Below, piece by piece: positions 30,318 through 39,596 of a stretch of DNA of 64,000 bases. Location: positions 23,627 to 87,626 of the forward strand of contig JANQLF010000122.1 of assembly GCA_028280785.1 (NCBI GenBank), read 5' to 3'. The notes beneath the pieces are model-generated. The model saw only the letters and a program-made list of their open reading frames with translations, had not been told where the DNA came from and did not search any database. The position numbers and the translations under genes are program-made. The stretch comes from Planctomycetota bacterium. GTDB lineage: Bacteria > Planctomycetota > UBA11346. Within the stretch, counting starts at the first letter, position 1; the number at the start of each line of letters is the position of its first letter.

Positions 30318-31673
30318 TTAGGTATTCACTGGCCAGGGGCCTTTTATGGCGAGTGTGTATCCAGGATTTTGAATATTAACGAATAAGGTTGAACCATCGG
30401 GCGAAAAGCAGGCCCCTGCAAATTCGGATCCATTAAATGCGTTCTCAGCAAAAATGTATGCCTGCCCCTCTGAGGTGACGCCGATTAATCTATTCCTCCG
30501 AGTGGCATTACCGTAATCGTTATCCTCACAGACGATCAAATCTCCCCATGGTGCTATCGTAAGATTATCATTATTTTCCATGATATCATTTGATTTGCTT
30601 TCATAGAATAATTGTAGGAGACCGGGATCATTATTTTCTGCTGCTTCACCTTCTACTTGGCTTGGTGTGTATTTCCATATTTGACCGACACCTGCTTCCC
30701 CACCAGTGCTGGCGGAAAAATATAAACTGTCTTTAGCCCACCATATGCCTTCACCTCGACTAAATGTTTTTGCTCCTAGCTTTTTCCCTGAAGTTCTTGT
30801 TGGTTTTGTTAATGCATCATAGTCGTCAATGGTTACCCATTCGACTGTATATAATTTGACTAACCAGTTGATTTGATTTTTAATTTTTAAAGCTTGAAGA
30901 ATTCCTGAGCTTAAGTCTCCGTAAGTATCCGGAATGAATCTATAAAAAAGTCCATCACCTTTATCTTCAGTTAAATATACAATTCCTGTGTCTGGGTCTA
31001 CGGTAGCAGCTTCATGATTAAAGCGACCCATTTTTTTTAATGGTATGGCATTTTGTAATCCGATAACTTCTGTTGCATCTACTTCAAAAATATATCCATG
31101 ATCTTTAGAATAATTACCGCCAGTGACATTATCTGACTCTTCGCAGGTTAGCCATGTATTCCAGGGTGTTTTCCCACCAGCACAATTAACGTCAGTTCCT
31201 GCAAGGCTTAAATGGCTGCTTACAATTGTCTCTAAATTTAAGTCATAAACAAAATTGGTGGTGCCTCCAATACAGGGAAGAGCACCTGAACCAGAATCGT
31301 ACAACTTGGGTACATCACTAGGAGATAATAAAGATGCATCGGAGCTAAACGGGCTTTCACTTTGTGATGAATAACCAAGCTCGTGGTTACGTACAACAAT
31401 TATTTGACTACCGACATGTGCAAATGTCGCCATGCCATCTGGTCTACCGGGAACCAGATATCCATCATTCATTAGGTTTCCAGTTTGTTGAATAATTTTA
31501 TAACTGAAACCTTCGGGCAAGTTTAATATATTAGAATTGTCAGATAACACTGGACCAAAACCAGCATGCTTAGCTGAACCATTGCCATTACTGCAAGATT
31601 GTAGCATTAAGAGTCCATTAAATGCTAACGATGTTGCACAAAATTGTTTAATAAATTCTCTTCTATTCGCCAT
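30318..31673 (-). CDS. phoX: PhoX-family alkaline phosphatase, Tat-exported putative lipoprotein
   Basis: RREF twin-arginine signal, LQSC lipobox, RNHE, NCAGGKTPW..WLTCEE, GRFNHEA, EFAG..FSPDG. Confidence 0.88.
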   Translation of the reverse strand: MANRREFIKQFCATSLAFNGLLMLQSCSNGNGSAKHAGFGPVLSDNSNILNLPEGFSYKIIQQTGNLMNDGYLVPGRPDGMATFAHVGSQIIVVRNHELGYSSQSESPFSSDASLLSPSDVPKLYDSGSGALPCIGGTTNFVYDLNLETIVSSHLSLAGTDVNCAGGKTPWNTWLTCEESDNVTGGNYSKDHGYIFEVDATEVIGLQNAIPLKKMGRFNHEAATVDPDTGIVYLTEDKGDGLFYRFIPDTYGDLSSGILQALKIKNQINWLVKLYTVEWVTIDDYDALTKPTRTSGKKLGAKTFSRGEGIWWAKDSLYFSASTGGEAGVGQIWKYTPSQVEGEAAENNDPGLLQLFYESKSNDIMENNDNLTIAPWGDLIVCEDNDYGNATRRNRLIGVTSEGQAYIFAENAFNGSEFAGACFSPDGSTLFVNIQNPGYTLAIKGPWPVNT

Positions 31674-31756
31674 TGAGATCTCTACCTAGCATTGTAATGA
31701 ATTCTGTAAGATGGCACCTGCTATTATTGTATAAATACAGAACATGGTATAAGTAC

Positions 31757-33007
31757 TTATACCTTCATCAGGCTTTCAATAGCCTTGATGCTCTTTGGAA
31801 TAGCCTTGGTCAATTCTTCACAGCCATCTTTGGTGATGAGTAGATCATCCTCAATGCGTATACCGATACTTTCATCAGCGAGGTAAACGCCGGGTTCGTT
31901 GCTGATGATCATGCCGGGAGCGAGTGGAATATTGTAATCACTTGGATCGTGAACATCCATGCCGATGTGGTGACTGAGTCCATGATGACGTTTGAGGCCC
32001 GCGTCTAAAATAGGTTGCCAGGCAATTTCATTTAATTCATTGATGGTAATACCCGGACGAGCGTGCTTACGGCCGAGTTTATTACAGTGCAATACTAATG
32101 CATATAATTCGCGATAACGCTTGTTGGTGAATTTACCGCTAATAGGTGCACAGCGAGTAACGTCTGCGCAATACGAGCCAAAAGTGGCGCCGGAATCAAT
32201 GAGGATGCCTTTGCGTTTATCGAGTGGTTGGTCGTTATGTGGGTAATGCAGTGTTGCTGCATTAAGGCCACAACCGACGATACTTGAAAATGCTAGCGGC
32301 TCGTGATGGGGACTCACATAATGTTGTAAGAGACAGCTGGCGATTTCAGATTCGTTTTTAAAAGTCGGAATTAATGGCAGTGTCTTTTTTAATCCGTGTT
32401 CGGTAATTTTAATTGCTTTGCGGTGTAAAGCTATTTCATCCTTGTCTTTAATCATGCGCATTGGGGTAAGTGCTGGCTCACCATTGAGCACTTCAATGCC
32501 GCGAAGTTTTTTCTTCCAAACGTCAAACTGAGCTGATTGAAAACCTGGTTCTTTATCACGAGACAACATAACAATTTTACCACGTGCACGTTTGGCTGCA
32601 TCGTGAATGTGATTCACGATATCGTGAACATCCCCAGTTTGGTCAACGCCAAAAGCTTTTTTGGCAGCAGTACCTGGTTGCAATTTTGGGCCTTCCCAAA
32701 TAACTCGTGCTGGATCTCCGGGATCAAGTAAAAGTAAATCGCGTTGTTTTGCTTTTGGATCAATTAACAGTGCAGCACCTGGTTCGTGACAACCACTAAA
32801 ATAATCAAACCATTGGTCCTGACGCGGAGCACCAGCAACGGGTGTGCGCATGGTTGAAAGATCTTCTTCTGGACAGCCAATCAAAAGAAGGGGGACCTGT
32901 TTGCCGAAAGCTTTCTGTAGCAAGCGAATAGCCTTACTGCGTCGACGACGATAGGTGCTGAGAGGAAGAGATCTGCCGCGAATAACCATGATGGTAGTGT
33001 GTGGCAT
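31757..33007 (-). CDS. pepP: Xaa-Pro aminopeptidase (M24B)
   Basis: LHY, IDSG...YCADVTR, HGLSHHIGMDVHD, NEPGVY, GIRIEDD. Confidence 0.9.
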   Translation of the reverse strand: MPHTTIMVIRGRSLPLSTYRRRRSKAIRLLQKAFGKQVPLLLIGCPEEDLSTMRTPVAGAPRQDQWFDYFSGCHEPGAALLIDPKAKQRDLLLLDPGDPARVIWEGPKLQPGTAAKKAFGVDQTGDVHDIVNHIHDAAKRARGKIVMLSRDKEPGFQSAQFDVWKKKLRGIEVLNGEPALTPMRMIKDKDEIALHRKAIKITEHGLKKTLPLIPTFKNESEIASCLLQHYVSPHHEPLAFSSIVGCGLNAATLHYPHNDQPLDKRKGILIDSGATFGSYCADVTRCAPISGKFTNKRYRELYALVLHCNKLGRKHARPGITINELNEIAWQPILDAGLKRHHGLSHHIGMDVHDPSDYNIPLAPGMIISNEPGVYLADESIGIRIEDDLLITKDGCEELTKAIPKSIKAIESLMKV

Positions 33008-33062
33008 TTAGGGGCTTGGTAAATAGTTCTTGTTTCGAACGTCTGGCAATGAGGATACCTTA

Positions 33063-33905
33063 ATGAGAAGTTTTTTAACCGAATTAGCCCATGTTGCCGG
33101 TAAAATTGCTCGACAACACTTTCGTAGCCTCGGCCATCAAGCCACCAGTAAAAAGGGTCGCAATGACTATGTGACCTTTGTTGACCGCAACATCGAAGAG
33201 ACGCTGAGTGTTCGAATAAAAAGCCAATATCCCGATCATTTAATTGTTGGTGAAGAAACGCATGAAGCATTCGGAGATTATGAGGGCCCCGCATGGATTA
33301 TCGATCCGATTGATGGCACGACTAATTTTGTACGTGGTATCCCACATTTTGCGATTTCTATTGCTTATTGTGAAAAAAACTTTGAACCAAAATTTTCGGT
33401 CATTTATGATCCGATGAAAGATGAGTTATTCTTCGCTGAAAAAAATGCTGGCGTGTGGATGAATAATGAGCGGATCTATACTTCAAATTGTAAGACGCTT
33501 GAGGAATCAATGATCGCCTGCGCAGCACCATTTCGCAGTATGGATGCGACTGATGATGTCTTTGCCATTATTAAAGAATTACAGCCACAAATCGATGACA
33601 TTCGTCGAGCCGGTTGTTGCGCATTAGATTTAGCCTACACCGCGGTTGGTCGTTGTGATGCGTATTGGGAATTAGGTATTTGGCCTTGGGATACCGCAGC
33701 TGGTGAATTAATGGTGCGTTGTGCTGGCGGAATAGTTACCGATGTAAGGGGCAATGAAGGTGATTTATTAACGCGCCGTAGCATCATTGCTGCTGCTACA
33801 CCAGAATTACATGCATTATTATCAAAGGCTTGTGCACGATTACAGCCTTGGTTGGACAAAGCACCGTATACAGATCATTTAGTCGCTTTGCAAAAACAGG
33901 CCTAA
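33063..33905 (+). CDS. suhB: Inositol monophosphatase family protein
   Basis: GEE, WIIDPIDGTTNF, WDTAAG. Confidence 0.9.
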   Translation: MRSFLTELAHVAGKIARQHFRSLGHQATSKKGRNDYVTFVDRNIEETLSVRIKSQYPDHLIVGEETHEAFGDYEGPAWIIDPIDGTTNFVRGIPHFAISIAYCEKNFEPKFSVIYDPMKDELFFAEKNAGVWMNNERIYTSNCKTLEESMIACAAPFRSMDATDDVFAIIKELQPQIDDIRRAGCCALDLAYTAVGRCDAYWELGIWPWDTAAGELMVRCAGGIVTDVRGNEGDLLTRRSIIAAATPELHALLSKACARLQPWLDKAPYTDHLVALQKQA

Positions 33906-33908
33906 ACT

Positions 33909-34631
33909 ATGCTGATCCTCAGCTGGATCTCTACGGTACATCATCACGGGCATAATCGCCTACGCGGTTTAGTGATAGTAAGTTTACTGTTGCCAATTCT
34001 AGCGGGCATAATCTACGCACTCGAACAATATTTGGCAGGATCATTGGATGCAGATTCTTTGTATTGGCATAATATAATTGGAGACTGTCGGCTTTATAGC
34101 GAATCATTGTTCGATATATGGCAGTTGTGGACTTATGTATTTTTTCACGATAATATTTTCCAATTATTATTAAACGTATTTTTTTTATTGCCCATTGCAT
34201 TTTATTGGGAACGCCATTTTGGATTATGGTTTATTCTCACGATAATTTTACTGCTACCAGTTTGTGTGGTATTTTTCGTATTATCTAACACCATCGTACC
34301 CGATGTCGGTACCAGCCCCTTGGTGGTCGCTATGTATGCTGCAGTTTTATTACATGACCGCGGTATGTTAGCAGAGCTAGGGGTATTCACCTGGTGGGGT
34401 ACTCAGATTCGACTGCGCCGCGTCTCGCTGGCCTTATCATGGATATTAGTGGCATTTATTCTGCTTGATTTAAGTCAATGGTTTTGGCGTTCTTTTGATA
34501 TGTGGCAATTTAGTATTTACGTCATGAATATCATAGTAGCTGCGTGTGCCGGTTCTTCGGTCTACGCGGTCATGGATCATTTGCGTCAACGCTTGTTGTT
34601 AGAAGCGGAAGAGACGCAGTCTGCTACTTGA
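33909..34631 (+). CDS. Divergent rhomboid-like membrane protein
   Basis: WQLWTYVFFH..LLLN and GTS; no obvious catalytic His. Confidence 0.6.
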   Translation: MLILSWISTVHHHGHNRLRGLVIVSLLLPILAGIIYALEQYLAGSLDADSLYWHNIIGDCRLYSESLFDIWQLWTYVFFHDNIFQLLLNVFFLLPIAFYWERHFGLWFILTIILLLPVCVVFFVLSNTIVPDVGTSPLVVAMYAAVLLHDRGMLAELGVFTWWGTQIRLRRVSLALSWILVAFILLDLSQWFWRSFDMWQFSIYVMNIIVAACAGSSVYAVMDHLRQRLLLEAEETQSAT

Positions 34632-34672
34632 GTTTTGGAGCAGATCCTAAGGATGCCGCCCCGGAGTAAGCA

Positions 34673-35965
34673 GTGGCTGAACAAATCGATAGTGCCCCCG
34701 TCAAAGGTGTTCGTGATTTCTATCCCGATGACATGCGCGTGCGCAATTGGTTGTTTGAGCATTGGCGTGCAGTAGCCAAGCAATTTGGCTATGAAGAGTA
34801 CGATGCTTGTGTGCTCGAATCTGAATCGCTGTATGTGCGTAAGGCTGGTGATGAAATAGTTGGTCAACTATATAATTTTGCTGATAAAGGTGATCGTAAG
34901 GTTGCATTGCGACCAGAAATGACACCAAGTTTGGCACGTATGGTTTTAGCCAAGAAAAATAGTTTAGCCTTTCCACTGCGTTGGTTTTCCATTCCACAAT
35001 GTTTCCGTTACGAACGCATGCAAAAAGGTCGTAAACGTGAGCACTTTCAATGGAATATGGATTGCATCGGTTTAGACAGCGTTGCCGCAGAGGTCGAGTT
35101 AATGTCTGCGCAGGTGGCATTTTTACAGAATGTCGGTTTCCAAGTCAGTGCAGAGAAATGTGACATCGCATTTAAAGTTTCAAATCGTCAGGTCCTCCAG
35201 GATTATTTAGCAACATTAAATATCACTGGCGAAGATTTTGCCGCGGTCTGTGTCATTATCGATAAGCGTGATAAAATTGGTGATGAAGCTTGCGCTGAAT
35301 TATTGGCAGAAAAAAATGTCGATGGAGAAACTGCAGGGAAGATCCTCGATTTATTAAATGTTCGTGGGCTCGACGATTTAGCACGGGTAGCAGGCGAGGA
35401 AAATGCCGGTTATCAATCATTAAAAGCATTAATGGAATTAGCAGAAGCAAGTGGTATTGCTCATGCCATTCAAATCGATTGTTCTGTGGTGCGCGGTCTG
35501 TCGTATTATACCGGAACCGTCTGGGAATTATTCGATGAATCTGGATCGGTGCCACGCGCCATCGCCGGTGGCGGTCGCTATGATCGTTTAATGGAAACCT
35601 TTGGTGGCCAATCAGTGCCAATGGTAGGTTTTGGTTTTGGTGATGTGGTTATTGCATTATTGCTCGAAGAGCGCGGACTTATTCCTAACTCCGATGCACG
35701 TGTTGATGATTATATTTATCCAATGAATGAATCGGGTTTTGTTATTGCCAATAAAATTGCTGCAAAGCTTCGCACAGATGGTCAGAAAGTTTTAGTCGAT
35801 TATTCCTGTCGCCGCTTCAAACACGTGATTAAAGCGGCAGAAAACGCAGGCGCATCACGGATGTTTACCCTAGGTGATCAAGAAATTGAAGCGGGTATTG
35901 TTAAGGTTCGTACCATTGGTGCCGAACGCGTAGAAAACGACCATCCAATTTCAGAATTTACCTAG
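34673..35965 (+). CDS. hisS: Histidyl-tRNA synthetase
   Basis: KGVRDF, LRPEMT, FRYER.QKGR.REH, VRGLSYYTG, GGGRYD, GFGFG. Confidence 0.97.
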   Translation: MAEQIDSAPVKGVRDFYPDDMRVRNWLFEHWRAVAKQFGYEEYDACVLESESLYVRKAGDEIVGQLYNFADKGDRKVALRPEMTPSLARMVLAKKNSLAFPLRWFSIPQCFRYERMQKGRKREHFQWNMDCIGLDSVAAEVELMSAQVAFLQNVGFQVSAEKCDIAFKVSNRQVLQDYLATLNITGEDFAAVCVIIDKRDKIGDEACAELLAEKNVDGETAGKILDLLNVRGLDDLARVAGEENAGYQSLKALMELAEASGIAHAIQIDCSVVRGLSYYTGTVWELFDESGSVPRAIAGGGRYDRLMETFGGQSVPMVGFGFGDVVIALLLEERGLIPNSDARVDDYIYPMNESGFVIANKIAAKLRTDGQKVLVDYSCRRFKHVIKAAENAGASRMFTLGDQEIEAGIVKVRTIGAERVENDHPISEFT

Positions 35966-36092
35966 TGTCGCTGTTGCTGACGCCGAGTGACGGTCGTGGC
36001 TATTTGCCACGAATTTTTCATAGCGAAAGCGGAGAAAAATAGAAACGACAAAGTCAGCGAGGGGCTTGGGGCATTGCCCCAAAACAAAAGGA
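35966..36092 (+). mobile_element. Structured non-coding element, copy A (after hisS)
   Basis: GACGCCGAG; hairpin TCGTGGC-TATTT-GCCACGA; ATTTTTC..GAAAAAT; TTGGGGC-ATT-GCCCCAA; AAAACAAAAG. Confidence 0.7.
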
Positions 36093-36131
36093 CGTATTGA
36101 GAAAGATCATCAAATTAGCGAATTCTCTTAA
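36093..36131 (+). pseudogene. Second, diverged copy of the hisS 3' end (RIEKDHQISEFS*)
   Basis: Codon-aligned with 35927-35965 (RVENDHPISEFT*); 8/12 aa identical. Confidence 0.8.
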
Positions 36132-36142
36132 ATTTTAATTTC

Positions 36143-36259
36143 TCTCACGGAGGCACGGAGCCACAGAGGGATTAAAAAATTGTGTTTATTTATATAAGTT
36201 ACCTTTTGTTTTGACGATTTAGATGGGAAATGCTTTTAAATCTCCGTGCCTCTGTGAGA
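36143..36259. repeat. REP-like inverted repeat (TCTCACRGAGGCACGGAG arms, AT-rich spacer)
   Basis: 36143-36160 and 36242-36259 are 17/18 inverted matches. Confidence 0.75.
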
Positions 36260-36265
36260 ATTTAT

Positions 36266-37147
36266 TTAAGTTAATAAATTTTGGGATAGCCGACGTTGTT
36301 TGGCGCGAATTAACTTCGGTTGATAGGTTCCTGCTTTAATATCGATACGATACTGTTTTGGCGATACTTTATACTGTTGTTTAAATGCACGTGAAAAATG
36401 AAATTGATTTTCAAAGCCACATTCTTCAGCAATGTCTTGCACACTGATATCACTACGTGCTAAAATCATGGCGGCGTGGTCTAAACGAATATTGCGCAGA
36501 CATTGTGCCGGACTGACACCGAGTTCTTGCTTAAAGATGCGCACTAAGTGGCCACGTGATACATCAATAGCTGCGGCAATCTCTTCAACGGCGGGACTGT
36601 GCATGCCATGCAATTGCCATTGATTGCGTACGTAGTCCATTGATTTGCTGATTATGGGATGCTCTTCGATGCCAGTTTCAACGGACACACCTTGAGCACG
36701 CTCATAAATAAAACACAAGAGTGCATGTTTTAAACCTTGCACGGCTAAGGTTTGACTAATGCGATCATCGGCCTGGGCGGTGTAGATGACGTGATTCAGT
36801 AAACGAATTAAAAATTGTTCTTCACCGCATTGAATAATGCGTGGCCAATCACGTGGATTACCGAGGACGTGATTTTTATCCTCAATTTCAAAATGAATAA
36901 AACCGTGGCGAGTGCGTTTACCAGGATCCCAAATAAATGAATCAGTTTCACCTGGACGACATAAACACACGCTGCCTGCAGGCATGGCATAGCGTTCGTC
37001 GTCGGCTATCCACTCGACATCGCCACTGACAATCCATACGAATTCGTAGTTGGTGCAGTGGCGCGGTCCAAAGCTGGCTCCGGCTGGATAATCGGCGACG
37101 CCCATGGAATTGGCATGCTGAACGAGGATGTGATCGAGGCCAATCAT
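36266..37147 (-). CDS. AraC-family transcriptional regulator
   Basis: N-terminal cupin; C-terminal HTH with IAEECGFENQFHFSRAFKQQYKVSPKQYR. Confidence 0.93.
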   Translation of the reverse strand: MIGLDHILVQHANSMGVADYPAGASFGPRHCTNYEFVWIVSGDVEWIADDERYAMPAGSVCLCRPGETDSFIWDPGKRTRHGFIHFEIEDKNHVLGNPRDWPRIIQCGEEQFLIRLLNHVIYTAQADDRISQTLAVQGLKHALLCFIYERAQGVSVETGIEEHPIISKSMDYVRNQWQLHGMHSPAVEEIAAAIDVSRGHLVRIFKQELGVSPAQCLRNIRLDHAAMILARSDISVQDIAEECGFENQFHFSRAFKQQYKVSPKQYRIDIKAGTYQPKLIRAKQRRLSQNLLT

Positions 37148-37241
37148 CTGAATATGTTACAAAAAGATATGAAATTGTCCACAATAGGCATTCAAATGAG
37201 ATATTTGAGTATATACTGAGGGGCTGAAAAGGAGCATGTAG

Positions 37242-38156
37242 ATGCTAAGCACCAAAACCTTACCACAGATCACCGATGCCATGATCAAGCAGTATGTTGA
37301 GGATGGCTTTCTTATTGTAGAAGATCTCTTTGATCCTGAAGACATCACGGCGATGACTGATGAGGCACCCAAAATTGCCCGCGGCCAAAATGGCTTTCCA
37401 GCACTCTTAGAAGATGTTGAAAACAAAGCAGACGAAGAACTCGAGCGTGAAATATTGTGCATTCACTTTCCACATGCCGGTAGTGAAGTCATTCGCGACT
37501 ATGTCTGTGATGAAAGAGTATCGCATGTTTTGTCGAAGGTGACTGCGGCTCATTTACCTGAATCGTGGTGGGATGGCTCGGTGAAGTGCATGCAGTCGAT
37601 GTATTTTTGCAAAGCACCAGGCATGCCTGGTCAGGCTTGGCACCAAGATGAAATTTATATTCCAACCCGTGATCGTAGTTTAATTGGTGCATGGTATGCC
37701 CTTGATGATGCATCTGTCGAAAATGGATGCTTGTGGGTTATCCCTGGTAGTCATCGCAATGGTATTTTATATGAGCAACGTGCGCATCATGATCCAGAAT
37801 TTGATGGCGCCCAACAAAGTTTTGGTTTTGATGACAGTAGCGAAGTTCCAGTTGAAGTGAAAAAAGGCAGTGTTGTTTTCTTTAACGGCTACCTCTTACA
37901 TCGCAGCGCTAAAAATCGCAGTAAAGATGATTTCCGTCGCGTGCTGGTTAATCACTACATGAACTCGTACTCATTGTTACCATGGGGTGGTGCTGAGGAT
38001 GGCGTACCTGTGGCTCGATCAGATAAGCGCGCCGTCATGTTCGTCAGCGGCAAAGATCCATACCCCGAACGTCCATTGCTTGAATGCAATCACATGTCGT
38101 TGAGAGGAAAGTGTGAGGGCGAAAAGTGGGAGGGCGTCACTCGCGAAACAAATTGA
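37242..38156 (+). CDS. Phytanoyl-CoA dioxygenase (PhyH) family protein
   Basis: WHQDE, ENGCLWVIPGSH, LLHRS..N. Confidence 0.92.
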   Translation: MLSTKTLPQITDAMIKQYVEDGFLIVEDLFDPEDITAMTDEAPKIARGQNGFPALLEDVENKADEELEREILCIHFPHAGSEVIRDYVCDERVSHVLSKVTAAHLPESWWDGSVKCMQSMYFCKAPGMPGQAWHQDEIYIPTRDRSLIGAWYALDDASVENGCLWVIPGSHRNGILYEQRAHHDPEFDGAQQSFGFDDSSEVPVEVKKGSVVFFNGYLLHRSAKNRSKDDFRRVLVNHYMNSYSLLPWGGAEDGVPVARSDKRAVMFVSGKDPYPERPLLECNHMSLRGKCEGEKWEGVTRETN

Positions 38157-38218
38157 GTCAAGTTGAATTGTTTATTTCCATTAAGAAATGGCGGTTTTTT
38201 ATGTTGATTAACGCTAAT

Positions 38219-39256
38219 TCAAAATCCGAAATCTTTAGGATTAGCTTTGCCGCGTTTATCACTTGCGCTCACGTATAATTTGAATTTGCCATCATCAGCA
38301 AGAAATAGACATTCGATTTTGGTGTTGGTGAATGTGGCGCTGCTTGAAGTACGAGAAGTTGAGGAGCTCTCCATTCCTCCAGCATGTTTATGAACAATGG
38401 TATCACCACTGCTTTGTGCTATGGCAGAAGTTGCTCCCATTTTTAGCATCATAAGGGTTTGGCCTAAGCCACCAAGATTGACTTTTTCCCAACGACTTGC
38501 ACCAATTTTCTTGCCTTTTGGTCCAATAAATTCGACATCCTGTTTTCGATCTGCTGGTATGAGATAGGCCGTATATTTTTGTTTCTTATGATGGAGCGTG
38601 TAGGCCTTGCCGGTTTCTACTTCGATGGGCTTTTCTAGTGAATTAAAGCCATCAATTTTCACAGTCTTTTGTAAATTCTTGGACATAGTAAATGTAAATT
38701 TTTCTCCGGGCTTAATTGGGTTAGCGCTTTTGGCTCCCTGTTTCGGTTTGACGGAGACATTCACCTGAAGAATGAGACTAGCGTGCCAGTTTTGATTAAT
38801 ACGAATATGCGGTTTGAAATCAGAAAACGTAATGGTGAATCCTGAGCTAGTACTTGGATTTTTATCGAGGTAGGATTTCTTCGCCTCTTTTGCTAATTGT
38901 TTGGTGCAAGCACGTTGTGCAATGTGGTACCAATTAAAAAGTCGATCCGCTGATGTTTCGAGCCAGTAGTTTTCAATGCTAAATTGTCCAGGGGCGGTTT
39001 CTTTGATGATGGCATCCTCAGACAAATCTTTGTCAGTTTTCAAAAAGGTGACTGGAATCTTAGTGTTTTTATTTCTTTTGAATGCGAGTGTATATTGTTT
39101 GTTATGCGTCACATGCAGAGCGTTGTCTTTAATACCAACATCATCAATGGTAAATGATATACTGTCTGGGTTAGCAACGTCTAACTTAAATTCTTCAGCT
39201 GAAATGAGTGGAATGATTACAAGCACAAGAAGATGCGATAATAGTTTGAAGATCAT
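38219..39256 (-). CDS. Hypothetical exported protein with an internal two-domain repeat
   Basis: Signal-like MIFKLLSHLLVLVIIPLISA; the two halves share a ..YTL...K...Y/F L..D pattern. Confidence 0.65.
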   Translation of the reverse strand: MIFKLLSHLLVLVIIPLISAEEFKLDVANPDSISFTIDDVGIKDNALHVTHNKQYTLAFKRNKNTKIPVTFLKTDKDLSEDAIIKETAPGQFSIENYWLETSADRLFNWYHIAQRACTKQLAKEAKKSYLDKNPSTSSGFTITFSDFKPHIRINQNWHASLILQVNVSVKPKQGAKSANPIKPGEKFTFTMSKNLQKTVKIDGFNSLEKPIEVETGKAYTLHHKKQKYTAYLIPADRKQDVEFIGPKGKKIGASRWEKVNLGGLGQTLMMLKMGATSAIAQSSGDTIVHKHAGGMESSSTSRTSSSATFTNTKIECLFLADDGKFKLYVSASDKRGKANPKDFGF

Positions 39257-39412
39257 TGATTTGCTCCTTAGGCAAGCGCACATTTATAGATGAGATATGA
39301 ATAGGGCAATAAATAAACTGTCGTATTTGAATCGACAACGAGGCGTTCTGTTCTTGTAGGTTAAACAGTCTGAATATTAGACACATTTTTTAAATTATTG
39401 TTGTTACATGGA

Positions 39413-39493
39413 TTAGCGTTGAAATCGTCGTTCTAACTCTGTCCACGATAGATCTAATGTGGTCGGACGACCATGCGGACAATGTTCCATGTG
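39413..39493 (-). pseudogene. Second copy of the last 26 codons plus stop of mutL
   Basis: Encodes HMEHCPHGRPTTLDLSWTELERRFQR*, identical to 39597-39677, with 16 synonymous differences. Confidence 0.95.
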
Positions 39494-39596
39494 GCTTTTT
39501 GTTTCGAGACTCCGTCTCGGGCTCTGCGCCTTAAAATATCTCAAGAGCCAAGCTCATTATTGAAATATTTTAATGCTTCACGAACACATGGAACGT
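39494..39596 (-). mobile_element. Structured non-coding element, copy C (after mutL)
   Basis: Stem TTAAAATATTTCAA/TTGAGATATTTTAA; terminal CGAGAC-GGA-GTCTCG followed by AAACAAAAAG. Confidence 0.7.

Noticed and set aside
36185..36280. Possible fourth gene-end duplicate (araC NLLT* versus NLYK* after CAAAACAAAAGG)
   Set aside because: Only five codons in AT-rich sequence and no family scaffold; chance is sufficient.
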